The translations under genes and the position numbers were made by a program. 64,000 nt of DNA. It comes from Bacteroidaceae bacterium (lineage in GTDB: Bacteria; Bacteroidota; Bacteroidia; Bacteroidales; Bacteroidaceae). Below, piece by piece: positions 52,601 to 61,369 of the stretch. The notes under the pieces were generated by a model. It worked only from the letters and a program-made list of their open reading frames with translations, did no database searches and was not told the origin of the DNA. The stretch spans positions 1,440 through 65,439 of the forward strand of contig JAZQVO010000038.1 in the NCBI GenBank assembly GCA_045631905.1. The letters run 5' to 3'. The stretch's first letter is position 1. Each line of letters opens with the position of its first letter.

Positions 52601-52853
52601 TCTCGGTATGGTACCCCTTGCAGTGAGCCAAGGTGTAGGAGCCGAGATGTGGCGTCCCTTGGGTGTAGCCGTTATCGGCGGTCTCACCATATCGACCATC
52701 ATGACACTTGTATACGTTCCCGCCATGTACGGTATCTTTGCCGGAGTAGGCATACAGAGAAAACGTCGCGCCATAAAGGCCAAACGCGAGCTACAAGCCT
52801 ACTGGAACGAGAACAAAGACATAGAACAGCTAAAAGGCAAAGACAAAAAATAA
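49674..52853 (+). CDS. RND efflux permease (AcrB/HAE1-like)
   Basis: 1059 aa with a 12-TM organisation and two large periplasmic loops. It has the VDDAIVVLENV motif. Confidence 0.92.
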   Translation: MSIYESAVKKPIMTSLCFIAIALFGLYSLSKLAIDLYPDIETNTIMVFTYYNGASASDIENNVTRPLENTLNSVEHLKHITSDSRENVSVITLEFEFGYDIDDLTNDVRDKLDMVSSSLPDDANNPIIFKFSTDMIPIIVMSVKANESQAALYKILDDNVANPLARVDGVGSVSISGAPEREINIYMDPAKMEAYNIPIETVSSIIAAENRNIPGGNFDLGSNTYSLRVEGEFKAPTEMLNLVVGSHNGANVYLKDIARIVDNVQERSQRTFIEGQQGAMIIVQKQSGGNSVAISKAVKEELPKLQKRLPSDVELEIMIDTSDNILNTIGTLSSTIRDAMIFVVLVVFIFLGRWRATVIIAITIPFSLIASFIYLFATGGSINIISLSCLSIAIGSVVDDAIVVLENVTTHIERGSDPNNAAVHGTNEVAVSVIASTLTMWAVFFPLTMVTGMSGVLFKQLGWMMCIIMLISTAAALSLTPMMCAKMLKLQKKQSRFFIMFYKPIQKVLDQIDIKYASIVNWAMRHRATTLLCCFGLFLASLLCFKGIKSEFFPANDNGRVGVTLEMPIGTRIEHSQEIGLRLTKLWMDRYGDDLQACGFTTGQADENNTFASLSDNGTHIISFNIMFVPSNKREKGLDILCDELRADLKMFPEIAKSNVMLGGSQGGGMGGQSKASFEIYGYDMDATDILSKQLADSLRAWNKVTQVNISRSDYQPQYIVDFDREKLAMHGLNLSTAATYMRNRYNGALATYYREDGDEYDVKVRYEPTARQSIEDIENIIIYGSNGQPVRIKELGKVVLNEMPPTIERKDRERIVTVDAVLAAGTALSDGVNYGQAIIDKMDIPSGVAIQVAGSYEDQQDSNRDLGQLGIIIIVLVFIVMASQFESLTYPFILIISVLFALSGVLLGLFVTGTTLNVMSMLGGIMLIGMVVKNGIVLIDYTMLLRERGLGVIQACVGAGKSRMRPVLMTTLTTILGMVPLAVSQGVGAEMWRPLGVAVIGGLTISTIMTLVYVPAMYGIFAGVGIQRKRRAIKAKRELQAYWNENKDIEQLKGKDKK

Positions 52854-52934
52854 AACGTGATTATATACCAAAACCACCACAATCAAGAGAGAGTGCGTGT
52901 GTAGAAGTATACAATTACAAAAATTAAAAACAAA

Positions 52935-52963
52935 CCACGCTTTGAGCACTGCTCAAAGCGTGG
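52935..52963 (+). terminator. Hairpin between the RND pump and the small PG0541-type gene (terminator or attenuator)
   Basis: ccacgctttgagca / tgctcaaagcgtgg forms a near-contiguous 14-bp palindrome with no T-tract. Confidence 0.4.
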
Positions 52964-52985
52964 ATAAGAAAAAAAGAGAAACAAG

Positions 52986-53279
52986 ATGAAAAGTTTATTC
53001 ATAACATTCGATATCTCGCACAAAGAAGCATTAATAAACATGCTCACCCACAACAACTGTCGCGGATACTCATTTTTCGACCAAGTGCAAGGCCGTGGCT
53101 CGGTAAACGGCGAGCCCCACTTAGGCTCACACGCATGGCCCTCTATGGGAGCAGCCATAATTGCTATTGTAGAAGACAAAAAAATCCCCACCCTCCTAAA
53201 AGAGATTGAAGCAATAGACAAAGCAACCCCCATGCTAGGCCTTCGCGCTTTTGTTTGGAACATAGAACAACAATATTAA
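52986..53279 (+). CDS. Small transporter-associated protein (PG0541-family, PII-like fold suspected)
   Basis: 97 aa, directly downstream of the RND operon. The size and position fit the family NCBI names PG0541 transporter-associated protein. This assignment is from memory. Confidence 0.5.
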   Translation: MKSLFITFDISHKEALINMLTHNNCRGYSFFDQVQGRGSVNGEPHLGSHAWPSMGAAIIAIVEDKKIPTLLKEIEAIDKATPMLGLRAFVWNIEQQY

Positions 53280-53306
53280 GGTTAAAACGATAAATTGCAT
53301 AATTAT

Positions 53307-53351
53307 AAAGTATCTGCACCATGTACATTTTGTACATGGTGCAGATACTTT
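53307..53351 (+). terminator. Long perfect hairpin after the efflux operon
   Basis: aaagtatctgcaccatgtaca-ttt-tgtacatggtgcagatacttt forms a 21-bp perfect stem with a 3-nt loop. Confidence 0.65.
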
Positions 53352-53487
53352 AATACATGAGCCTATTAAAAACAAACAGCAACTATCCAAAGTGCAACAT
53401 CGTTACAAAACAACGCCCTACCTGTTTTTTTTACATAAACCCACACAAATATTACAGCAAAAAGCATATATATACAAATAAAAAATA

Positions 53488-53495
53488 TAGCTTTG
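53488..53495 (+). promoter_or_regulatory. Candidate -7 promoter box TAGCTTTG
   Basis: Matches TAnnTTTG, 28 nt upstream of the ATG at 53523. Confidence 0.4.
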
Positions 53496-53522
53496 TAAAA
53501 TAAACACAAAAACTAGAGACCT

Positions 53523-54236
53523 ATGCCTATGAAAAACTTTACTTCACTAATTATTTTGTTGCTCATCTTCACAACAACCCTCACGGCACAGAACCACCCC
53601 TTCACACTCACCAAGGCAGGTGAAGAGCCCGTGCTCTACATAATTCACAGTGGTCGTAATGGTGGAAACGGCGGGGAGAACGACTACGTATTCGTAAATC
53701 TCAAAGCCTACAACTCCGAAGGTCTAGGCCTCACCAGACGTGCACCAACCGAATTCTTTAACAGATACCTTGAACAACTTTGGTACTTTATGGAAGGCGA
53801 AGATGGCAATATCATCATTAAATCGGCCTACGACAACGGGCTGATAGCCGTCACAAACACAACCGACAAGGCCAAGTGCGCAAAGATATTGAGCGAAGAA
53901 GAGGCCACAGGAACATATCACACATGGATACTCAACAACACCAACGGTTTCTACGCCTTCCAAACATCGGACCAACGTACCTACCTCAGCCACAATGGCA
54001 ACTGGCAAACCGGAGGCCAGTTTATGGGCCTCTATAATGCCAACGGCTCAAAAGACGAAGGCTCACGAGTATTCATTGAAAAAGCACCCGACGGAATAAG
54101 CACAAACATAGAAAACATCATAACCGAAGCCAAAGAGAAAGAACCCATAATATTCAGCCTCACAGGCCTCAGAGTAAAAAAAATCACACACCCCGGCATC
54201 TACATCATCAATGGTAAAAAAGTTGTGATTAAGTGA
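53523..54236 (+). CDS. Secreted protein with a T9SS C-terminal sorting domain
   Basis: 237 aa. It has a signal peptide (LLLIFTTTLTAQ). The C-terminal IIFSLTGLRVKKITHPGIYIINGKKVVIK is a typical type-A T9SS CTD ending. The N-terminal domain is unknown. Confidence 0.65.
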   Translation: MPMKNFTSLIILLLIFTTTLTAQNHPFTLTKAGEEPVLYIIHSGRNGGNGGENDYVFVNLKAYNSEGLGLTRRAPTEFFNRYLEQLWYFMEGEDGNIIIKSAYDNGLIAVTNTTDKAKCAKILSEEEATGTYHTWILNNTNGFYAFQTSDQRTYLSHNGNWQTGGQFMGLYNANGSKDEGSRVFIEKAPDGISTNIENIITEAKEKEPIIFSLTGLRVKKITHPGIYIINGKKVVIK

Positions 54237-54414
54237 GAGTAGCGATAATTAAGCTTGCTTAAATGAGCGCTACCGAACGACAACAACTTCGCCGAAGGCA
54301 AAGTGTGATTAAGTGAGAGTAGCGATAATTAAGCTTGCTTAAATGAGCGCTACCGAACGACAACAACTTCGCCGAAGGCAAAGTGTGATTAAGTGAGAGT
54401 AGCGATAATTAAGC
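54225..54414 (+). repeat. 80-bp tandem repeat, 2.4 copies, starting in the last four codons of the T9SS-CTD gene
   Basis: Copies at 54225-54304 and 54305-54384 look identical by eye. A partial third copy spans 54385-54414. Each copy starts gtgattaagtga (V I K stop). Confidence 0.9.
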
Positions 54415-54416
54415 AA

Positions 54417-54463
54417 ATATCACAAATATAGACAAGCCTGGGGCTTGTCTATATTTGTGATAT
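54417..54463 (+). terminator. Long perfect hairpin terminator
   Basis: atatcacaaatatagacaagcc-tgg-ggcttgtctatatttgtgatat forms a 22-bp perfect stem with a 3-nt loop. Confidence 0.65.
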
Positions 54464-54548
54464 ACCCACCCACCATACAAAAAAGAGCAAAGCAACAAAA
54501 AATCGCGCAAAAAGTTGTATCTTCGCAACCGCAAACGAAAAAGATACA

Positions 54549-55721
54549 ATGAAAATCACAGCAATAAAAAAAATCGCAATAATAGCAAGCCTGTTGCTCA
54601 CACTCATTGCACAACCCATGAAAGCCGACAACAGCCGCGTGAGCCTACTCACATGCTCACCGGGTGAAGAGGTTTACGCACTTTTCGGGCACACAGCACT
54701 GCGCTACACCAACCCCGACAGAGGCGAAGACATTGTATTCAACTACGGCATATTCAACTTCAACACACCCAACTTTGTGTGGCGTTTCATCTTGGGAGAG
54801 ACCGACTACATAGTATCGACAACCCCCTACCCCTACTTTTTGTACGAATACCACATGCGAGGCTCGGGAGTTACCGAGCAAGTTCTTGCACTCGACTCAT
54901 TACAAAAAGAGAGACTATACAACACCCTTATAACAAACTGCCAACCACAAAACCGCACCTACCGCTACAACTACTTCTACAACAACTGCACCACCAAGGT
55001 ACGTGACAAGATAGAAGAACAAGCAACCATCACAGGCTACACAGGCAACACGCAAGCACAAACCATACGCGAAGCACTCTCGCAATACACAACCGTACAA
55101 CCATGGACAGCCTTCGGCATAGACCTTCTTTTAGGAGCCGAGGTAGACCAACCGGCAACACGCGAAGTACTACAATTTCTACCCCAATATTTGAAAAACG
55201 ACCTCTCCACAGCAAACATAAATGGCACCCCCCTTGTGAGCACAACCAAAGAGCTGTTGCAACCACAAGCAAAAGAAAAGAACCTCAACCACTTTACCCC
55301 CTTCAACAGCGCACTGCTCACACTGCTCTTCACCATGATAATTATGCTGTGCGAGGTGCGCAGTCGCAAACTCTTTTGGGGCTACGACACACTCATGTTA
55401 CTCATTCAAGGAGTTGCAGGAGTAATACTCCTGTTCATGGCACTCTTTTCTCAACACCCCGCCGTAGACAGCAACTACCTACTAATATGGATCAACCCCC
55501 TCCCCCTGGTGCTGATACCAATAGTAATATACAACGCCGTGAAACAAAAACCCATGACAATATTATGGGTGCAAACAGCCATGATAATAACATTTATCAT
55601 CACAGCCCCTTTTGTACCCCAAGCATACCCCACACCCATATACATCTTTGCAACAGCCTACCTGGTACGTTCAATATTCCACATATACCGTTTAAAGATA
55701 TGCGATTTAAGCCTGTATTAA
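54549..55721 (+). CDS. DUF4105-domain membrane protein
   Basis: 390 aa. It has a signal peptide, the N-terminal SLLTCSPGEEVYALFGHTALRY block typical of DUF4105, and C-terminal TM helices. Confidence 0.6.
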   Translation: MKITAIKKIAIIASLLLTLIAQPMKADNSRVSLLTCSPGEEVYALFGHTALRYTNPDRGEDIVFNYGIFNFNTPNFVWRFILGETDYIVSTTPYPYFLYEYHMRGSGVTEQVLALDSLQKERLYNTLITNCQPQNRTYRYNYFYNNCTTKVRDKIEEQATITGYTGNTQAQTIREALSQYTTVQPWTAFGIDLLLGAEVDQPATREVLQFLPQYLKNDLSTANINGTPLVSTTKELLQPQAKEKNLNHFTPFNSALLTLLFTMIIMLCEVRSRKLFWGYDTLMLLIQGVAGVILLFMALFSQHPAVDSNYLLIWINPLPLVLIPIVIYNAVKQKPMTILWVQTAMIITFIITAPFVPQAYPTPIYIFATAYLVRSIFHIYRLKICDLSLY

Positions 55722-57250
55722 TTACCCTCCTTTCGGTGCTTGCCTTTGTGCAAGCCGGTGCACAAGAAAAAATAGAGTCGCCCAAGTTATTGGTAACAAT
55801 AACCATAGACCAACTGCGTAGCGACTTCATGTACGAATTTGAAGACCTCTACACCCCCGACGGCTTTAAAAAACTCCTTGCAGGCGGGCGTGTCTACCCC
55901 AACTCATACTACGCCTTCGAAAACATCGACCGCGCCTCAGCAGCCGCAACACTTGCAACCGGCACCAACCCCTACACCCACGGCATTGTCGGCGAGCAGT
56001 GGCTCGACCGCGCATCGTTGCGCATAGTAAACAGCACCGACGACAGCAAGCGACAAGGCCTCTACACCAACAGCAAAGTATCCCCCATAAAACTAAAAGC
56101 AATCTCACTATCCGACGAGATAAGACGCGCCACACGAGGCAAAGCACAAATTTGCGCAATAGCCCCCAACTGCGACATGGCAGTGATGCAAGGTGGCCAC
56201 GACGCCAACATCGTACTGTGGAAAAACGACGACACCGGCTACTGGTGCAGTTCGTCATACTACGGGCTGTTCCCCGAGTGGGCCGTAAAGATGAATAAAA
56301 AATTTGTTGGTCGCGACAGCAAGTGGGAACCCATGTACCCCACCGAGCTATACAACAACTTCGGCGAGAAAGCCCCCAAACAATTCACATACAACTTCAA
56401 CGGGAAAACCGACGTGCGCAACTACAAAACAAGCGCATGCATCAACGACGAGATAAACGAGATGGCAATAGCCTGCCTGAGAAACAGCGACATGGGGCTC
56501 GACAACATCGTAGACATGCTCTCCATAACCTACTACGCCGGAAACTACAACAACGTATCCATGGAGGACCGCCCCATCGAGATACAAGACATATATACAC
56601 GCCTCGACAAAAACATTGCCGACCTATTAAAAGAGCTCGACCGACGCATAGGCCTGCAAAACGTCGTAATATCGGTAGCCTCAACAGGCTATGTAGTCGA
56701 GGACGACTCAAACGACGAAAAATACCGCCTACCCTCGGGCACAATACACATGGACCGCATACAAGCCCTGCTGAATGTCTACCTGAGCGCACTCTTCGGC
56801 AAAGGCAACTACATCGACGGTTTCTACAACTCAGAGTTCTACCTCAACCGCAAGATGCTCGAACAGACAAAGCTCAACAAAGTTGATGTTGTGTCACACG
56901 CCGTAGAGTTTTTAAAATCGGTCGATGGTGTCGAGGACGTCTTCACCATATACAGGCTTGGAGGCATGCTAAGCCCCGAGCTACAATATGTGAAAAACGG
57001 CTACAATGCCAAATGCTCGGGCGACATATGGCTACGCCTCATGCCCGGGTGGAAGATGGCCAAAGACGTAGTGTCGGCAACAAACCTCGTACGTCGTAGC
57101 CCCGTAACCTTCCCCATTATCGTATACGGAGCCGGTGTCGATGCAAAGGTGATAGAAGATTTTACCCCCGCCAACATTCTGGCACCCGAACTTGCCAACA
57201 TTTTGCACATACGTCGCCCCAACGACAACTGTTTGCGCATTTTCAAGTAA
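55700..57250 (+). CDS. Alkaline-phosphatase-superfamily protein (nucleotide pyrophosphatase/phosphodiesterase-like)
   Basis: The start is reset to the ATG at 55700 (MRFKPVLITLLSVLAFVQAGAQE, a signal peptide). LLVTITIDQLRSD is the metal-site N-terminal motif of the AP superfamily. It overlaps the upstream gene by 22 nt. Confidence 0.6.
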   Translation: MRFKPVLITLLSVLAFVQAGAQEKIESPKLLVTITIDQLRSDFMYEFEDLYTPDGFKKLLAGGRVYPNSYYAFENIDRASAAATLATGTNPYTHGIVGEQWLDRASLRIVNSTDDSKRQGLYTNSKVSPIKLKAISLSDEIRRATRGKAQICAIAPNCDMAVMQGGHDANIVLWKNDDTGYWCSSSYYGLFPEWAVKMNKKFVGRDSKWEPMYPTELYNNFGEKAPKQFTYNFNGKTDVRNYKTSACINDEINEMAIACLRNSDMGLDNIVDMLSITYYAGNYNNVSMEDRPIEIQDIYTRLDKNIADLLKELDRRIGLQNVVISVASTGYVVEDDSNDEKYRLPSGTIHMDRIQALLNVYLSALFGKGNYIDGFYNSEFYLNRKMLEQTKLNKVDVVSHAVEFLKSVDGVEDVFTIYRLGGMLSPELQYVKNGYNAKCSGDIWLRLMPGWKMAKDVVSATNLVRRSPVTFPIIVYGAGVDAKVIEDFTPANILAPELANILHIRRPNDNCLRIFK

Positions 57251-57290
57251 CAATAACCCGATAGAATATCGAAAAACCGATAATTTGCAG

Positions 57291-57298
57291 TATCTTTG
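57291..57298 (+). promoter_or_regulatory. Candidate -7 promoter box TATCTTTG for coaX
   Basis: Matches TAnnTTTG followed by cac, 24 nt upstream of the coaX start. Confidence 0.45.
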
Positions 57299-57321
57299 CA
57301 CCGCAAAATAAAACCGAAGAC

Positions 57322-58050
57322 TTGAACTTAGTAATAGACATAGGAAACAACAGTGCTAAATTCTTTCTCTTCAACGGAGAACAGCTCATACTTCACACTC
57401 GAAGAAAGGGGGAGTATGCAGAATTATTAGAGCAATGGAACACAACCTACGGCATTGAAAGAGCCATCGTCTCCACCGTAGTAGACCTTGCCCCCGAGCA
57501 AAAAACACTGATTGAAAATTACGGGTTTCCCGTCACATGGTTCAGCAACACCACCCCCATGCCCATAGGCATAAAATACCGCACACCCCACACCTTGGGT
57601 TGCGACCGTCTTGCGGCGGCAATAGGTGCCATGTACAGCGCACCCGGGCAAAACCTCCTTGTGATAGACGCCGGCAGTGCCATCACAATCGATTTTGTCG
57701 ATAAAGAGGGAAATTTCTGCTGTGGGAACATAGCTCCGGGCGTAAACATGAGACTAAAAGCCCTGCACACCTTTACATCGCGCCTACCACAAATAAGCAA
57801 AGAGGGCGACACCCCATCACTCGGATACGACACCGAAACCGCTATACGAAGCGGGGTAATCAGAGGCATCTGCCACGAAATAGACGGGTACATTAACGAA
57901 ATAAGAGAAAAAAAAGGTGAAGTTTTTGTTTTTTTAACGGGTGGAGACGAAAAAACATTGATTGGTAACATAAAAAATCGCATCTTTGCCGATAAATTTC
58001 TCGTAGCAAAGGGATTGAACAGAATTTTGGCATACTATGGCAATAAATAA
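57322..58050 (+). CDS. coaX: Type III pantothenate kinase
   Basis: 242 aa. NLVIDIGNNSAKFFLF and LVIDAGSAITIDF are ASKHA motifs of CoaX. It has an apparent TTG start. Confidence 0.85.
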   Translation: MNLVIDIGNNSAKFFLFNGEQLILHTRRKGEYAELLEQWNTTYGIERAIVSTVVDLAPEQKTLIENYGFPVTWFSNTTPMPIGIKYRTPHTLGCDRLAAAIGAMYSAPGQNLLVIDAGSAITIDFVDKEGNFCCGNIAPGVNMRLKALHTFTSRLPQISKEGDTPSLGYDTETAIRSGVIRGICHEIDGYINEIREKKGEVFVFLTGGDEKTLIGNIKNRIFADKFLVAKGLNRILAYYGNK

Positions 58051-59281
58051 ACGACTATTAATCTTAATAATTTCAATAATCGCCCTTTTCGGGTCAGCAC
58101 ACGCCGACAACGGAATAAACTCGCCGTACTCACGCTACGGCCTTGGCATTTTATCCGACCAAAACCTCGGCGTGAACCGTCAGTTGGGAGGCTTGGGTTA
58201 TGCACTCAGCAGCCACAACTACATAAACCTGCTCAACCCGGCATCATTCGCAAAGGCCGACACAATAACCATGTTGTTCGAGGGCGGTTTCTCGTTGCAA
58301 AACGTAAACTTCAAAGAGGGTAACGTGCAGAAAAATGCCAAAAACGCAAGTTTCGACTACTTAGCAATGCAGTTTCGCGCATTCAAGAACGTGGGTATAA
58401 GTTTAGGCTGCCTACCCTACTCAAACGTAGGATACTCGTTTGCCACCAAAAGCAAAGAAAGCGGTAAAGAGACCACAAGCAACTACAACGGCGAGGGCGG
58501 AATATACCAACCCTACATAGGTATAGGTTGGTCACCTGTAAAAAACCTCTCGATAGGAGCCATGGCATCGTACATATACGGCGACATCACACACACCATA
58601 TACAACAACTTCAGCGAGTCGGCCATAACCGACATGCAACGTGCGTATAACGTCAAAGTACGAAGCTATAAATTAGATTTTGGAGCACAATACAGCTTCA
58701 ACACCGGTAAAAAGCACAATTTCACACTAGGAGCAGTATACTCACTTGGGCACGACCTCAACGCCGAAGCCATGGAAATTACCACAATAACCACATCGGA
58801 CACCACAAAAATAGACGGAGCCTTCAAGCTCCCCCACACCATAGGTGCCGGAATTTTGTACAACTACAACAACAAATGGAAGTTCGGTGTAGATTACACC
58901 TACCAAAAATGGGGAGCAGTGGATTTCTTTGACTACGACAAGGGAGCCGACCGAAGCAAAATCTCGGCAGGTATAGAATACTCACCCGGCAACATGCTCT
59001 CGCGCAACATCTTCAAAAAGATGCAATACCGCATGGGAGCATACTATGCACAGCCCTACACCGAGATCGAAGGACAAAAAGGGTGCAAAGAATATGGAGT
59101 GAGCGCAGGTTTCTCGTTCCCCATAATAAACCACATCAACAACCGCTCCATGGTACATGTATCGGGCCAGGTGGTACGTGTAGAGCCTCAAAGCCCCGGC
59201 ATGATAGCCGAGACATGCCTTCGTCTCAACATAGGCATCACCTTCAACGAAAATTGGTTCATGCAATTGAAATTAAGATAA
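58037..59281 (+). CDS. Putative outer-membrane beta-barrel protein
   Basis: 414 aa. It has a signal peptide and an alternating beta-strand pattern. The family is not recognised. Confidence 0.4.
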   Translation: MAINKRLLILIISIIALFGSAHADNGINSPYSRYGLGILSDQNLGVNRQLGGLGYALSSHNYINLLNPASFAKADTITMLFEGGFSLQNVNFKEGNVQKNAKNASFDYLAMQFRAFKNVGISLGCLPYSNVGYSFATKSKESGKETTSNYNGEGGIYQPYIGIGWSPVKNLSIGAMASYIYGDITHTIYNNFSESAITDMQRAYNVKVRSYKLDFGAQYSFNTGKKHNFTLGAVYSLGHDLNAEAMEITTITTSDTTKIDGAFKLPHTIGAGILYNYNNKWKFGVDYTYQKWGAVDFFDYDKGADRSKISAGIEYSPGNMLSRNIFKKMQYRMGAYYAQPYTEIEGQKGCKEYGVSAGFSFPIINHINNRSMVHVSGQVVRVEPQSPGMIAETCLRLNIGITFNENWFMQLKLR

Positions 59282-59297
59282 CAAAACAAATAAGAAA

Positions 59298-60737
59298 ATG
59301 AAAAAAGGAATTTTATTACTCATGACACTTGCCGTTTCGTGCCTTTACGCACAAAACGGAATCACCAACGAGCACCGTTTCGGTGTTGGTGAGGACAGCA
59401 CAAAATGTTTGGAACACATCTTCCTTGTAAACCAAGCCATGAAACCCAAAGCACCCGCATACGACGCGTGCAAAGATGCATACTCAATGTGGAAAGAGCT
59501 TTTCACAAACTACCCCGTAGCACGTGTAGATACATACACCAACGGAATAAAGCTACTTAAAGGCCTCATCGCCAAAGAGCCCGATGCACAGATGAAAGCA
59601 CAATACATCAACGAGCTCATGGAGGTATACGACCAAGAGATAAAATATATCGACTACTTGCAGGAGATAACCAAGACAAAATTGTCGGCAGGTACAATCC
59701 TTGGCAAAAAAGCTATCGACTACATGCAGATAGTACCCGATGCAAACCCCGACAGCATCTACTCAATGCTTGCAAAATCGGTAGCCATAGAGCAAGGAAA
59801 CTCAGAGTTCAACATCACCACACAGTTCATGAAACAGTCGGCACTCAAATACAAGAGAGACAAAGAGAACCACGGTGAGCAAATTATCGAGGACTACCTG
59901 AACGCATCGGTATACATTGTAGAGGTACTCGACAAATATAATGAGCGCATAGAGCACTACACAAAGAAATTTGCCGAGACAGGCGACCCCAAAGACAGCA
60001 CATACATCGAAGGTTACAGCAAAAACATCGACAACGCACGCATCTCGCGCAACAACATCGATGCTTACTTCATCAACAGCGGCGCAGCAAAATGCGAAGA
60101 CCTGAACACCATCTATGCAACAAAGATCGAGGAGAACAAAACCAACATAGAATACCTCAACAAGGTAATCTCGGTGATGGGCATGCTTAAATGTACCAAC
60201 GAAGACTCATACCTGCAAGCGGCAGAATACGCCCTTGCCATCGAGCCCACAGCCAAAGCAGCCATGGGTTGCGGTTACCGCTACTTTAAAAGAGGCGAGA
60301 GCGAGAAGGCTATGGAGTTGTTCGAGCAAGCCATCGAGCTCGAAACAAGTGTCACCAACAAAGCCGACATGTGCTACAAGGTTGGTGCAATACATTACAG
60401 CTTAAAGAATTACAGCAAAGCTCGCACATATGCACAAAAGGCAATCGCCCTTAACTCAAAATATGGTCAGCCCTACATTCTTATAGCACAGTGCTATGCG
60501 GCAACCCCCAACTGGAGCGACGATGCCGTACTTAACCGTTGCACCTACTATGCAGCCCTCGACAAGCTCTACCGCGCCAAAGCAGTAGACCCCTCATGCA
60601 AACGCGAGGCCGACAAGCTCATCGGTGCATACAACGGATACCTTCCCGAAGCCGCCGACCTTTTCATGAAAGGTTATAAGAGTGGCGATGTAGTAACAAT
60701 TGGCGGTTGGATAAATGAAAAAGCAACAGTTCGCTAA
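59298..60737 (+). CDS. TPR-repeat protein with a signal peptide
   Basis: 479 aa. It has a signal peptide (LLLMTLAVSCLYAQ) and TPR-like helices near the C-terminus (KAMELFEQAIELE..., YSKARTYAQKAIALNSKY). Confidence 0.5.
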   Translation: MKKGILLLMTLAVSCLYAQNGITNEHRFGVGEDSTKCLEHIFLVNQAMKPKAPAYDACKDAYSMWKELFTNYPVARVDTYTNGIKLLKGLIAKEPDAQMKAQYINELMEVYDQEIKYIDYLQEITKTKLSAGTILGKKAIDYMQIVPDANPDSIYSMLAKSVAIEQGNSEFNITTQFMKQSALKYKRDKENHGEQIIEDYLNASVYIVEVLDKYNERIEHYTKKFAETGDPKDSTYIEGYSKNIDNARISRNNIDAYFINSGAAKCEDLNTIYATKIEENKTNIEYLNKVISVMGMLKCTNEDSYLQAAEYALAIEPTAKAAMGCGYRYFKRGESEKAMELFEQAIELETSVTNKADMCYKVGAIHYSLKNYSKARTYAQKAIALNSKYGQPYILIAQCYAATPNWSDDAVLNRCTYYAALDKLYRAKAVDPSCKREADKLIGAYNGYLPEAADLFMKGYKSGDVVTIGGWINEKATVR

Positions 60738-61299
60738 TAAGCGCAAAAACACCACCGGTACAACAATCGCAATTATTGCGATTGTTGTACTGTTTTTTCA
60801 AATTTCTTGCTCCGAAGGCAAGAAAAGCAATATTGCCCCCTTTGAAGAGCCCGACTCCGTAGCCATGATGAGCACATACGGAGTAAGCACACTCATCAGC
60901 GATTCGGGGCGCATAAGTTACAGAATCGATGCCGAAGAGTGGTTTGTGTACGACAAACGCAACCCACCCCACTGGGCATTCGAAAAAGGAGCATACCTCG
61001 AAAAATATGACAGAAACATGAACGTCGAAGCTGTCATAAAATGCGACACAGCCTATTTTTACACCGACACACAACTGTGGAAACTGATAGGCAACGTAGA
61101 TATACGCAACATAAAACAAGAAAAATTCTTCACCGACCTCCTCTTTTGGAGCCAAAAGGAGAAACGCATATACTCCGACGCCTACATAAAGATAGAGCAA
61201 CAAGACCAAATAACCGAAGGCTACGGCTTCACAGCCGACCAAAACCTCGATACCTGGCAGATAAAGAACACCAAAGGAATATACCCCATCGGAGACTGA
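60715..61299 (+). CDS. lptC: LptC-like LPS export periplasmic protein
   Basis: 194 aa with an N-terminal anchor. The beta-jellyroll-type sequence (STLISDSGRISYRIDAEEW...; ...YSDAYIKIEQQDQITEGYGFTADQNL) fits the Bacteroidetes LptC family. Confidence 0.6.
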   Translation: MKKQQFANKRKNTTGTTIAIIAIVVLFFQISCSEGKKSNIAPFEEPDSVAMMSTYGVSTLISDSGRISYRIDAEEWFVYDKRNPPHWAFEKGAYLEKYDRNMNVEAVIKCDTAYFYTDTQLWKLIGNVDIRNIKQEKFFTDLLFWSQKEKRIYSDAYIKIEQQDQITEGYGFTADQNLDTWQIKNTKGIYPIGD

Positions 61300-61369
61300 C
61301 ACATAGCTTTGGAACACTATTTACAAAACAGAGATAAATTCACAAGAGACCTTAACCGCCTCTAAAAAA

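Noticed and set aside
54225-54414. Considered whether the 80-bp repeats are a CRISPR array.
   Set aside because: The copies are directly adjacent with no unique spacers, the unit is far longer than a CRISPR repeat, and there are no cas genes in the window.
55103-55699. A 199-codon N-terminal extension of the alkaline-phosphatase-family ORF.
   Set aside because: The extension overlaps the DUF4105 gene out of frame and is Pro/Arg/His/Thr-rich junk. A clean signal peptide starts at the ATG at 55700.
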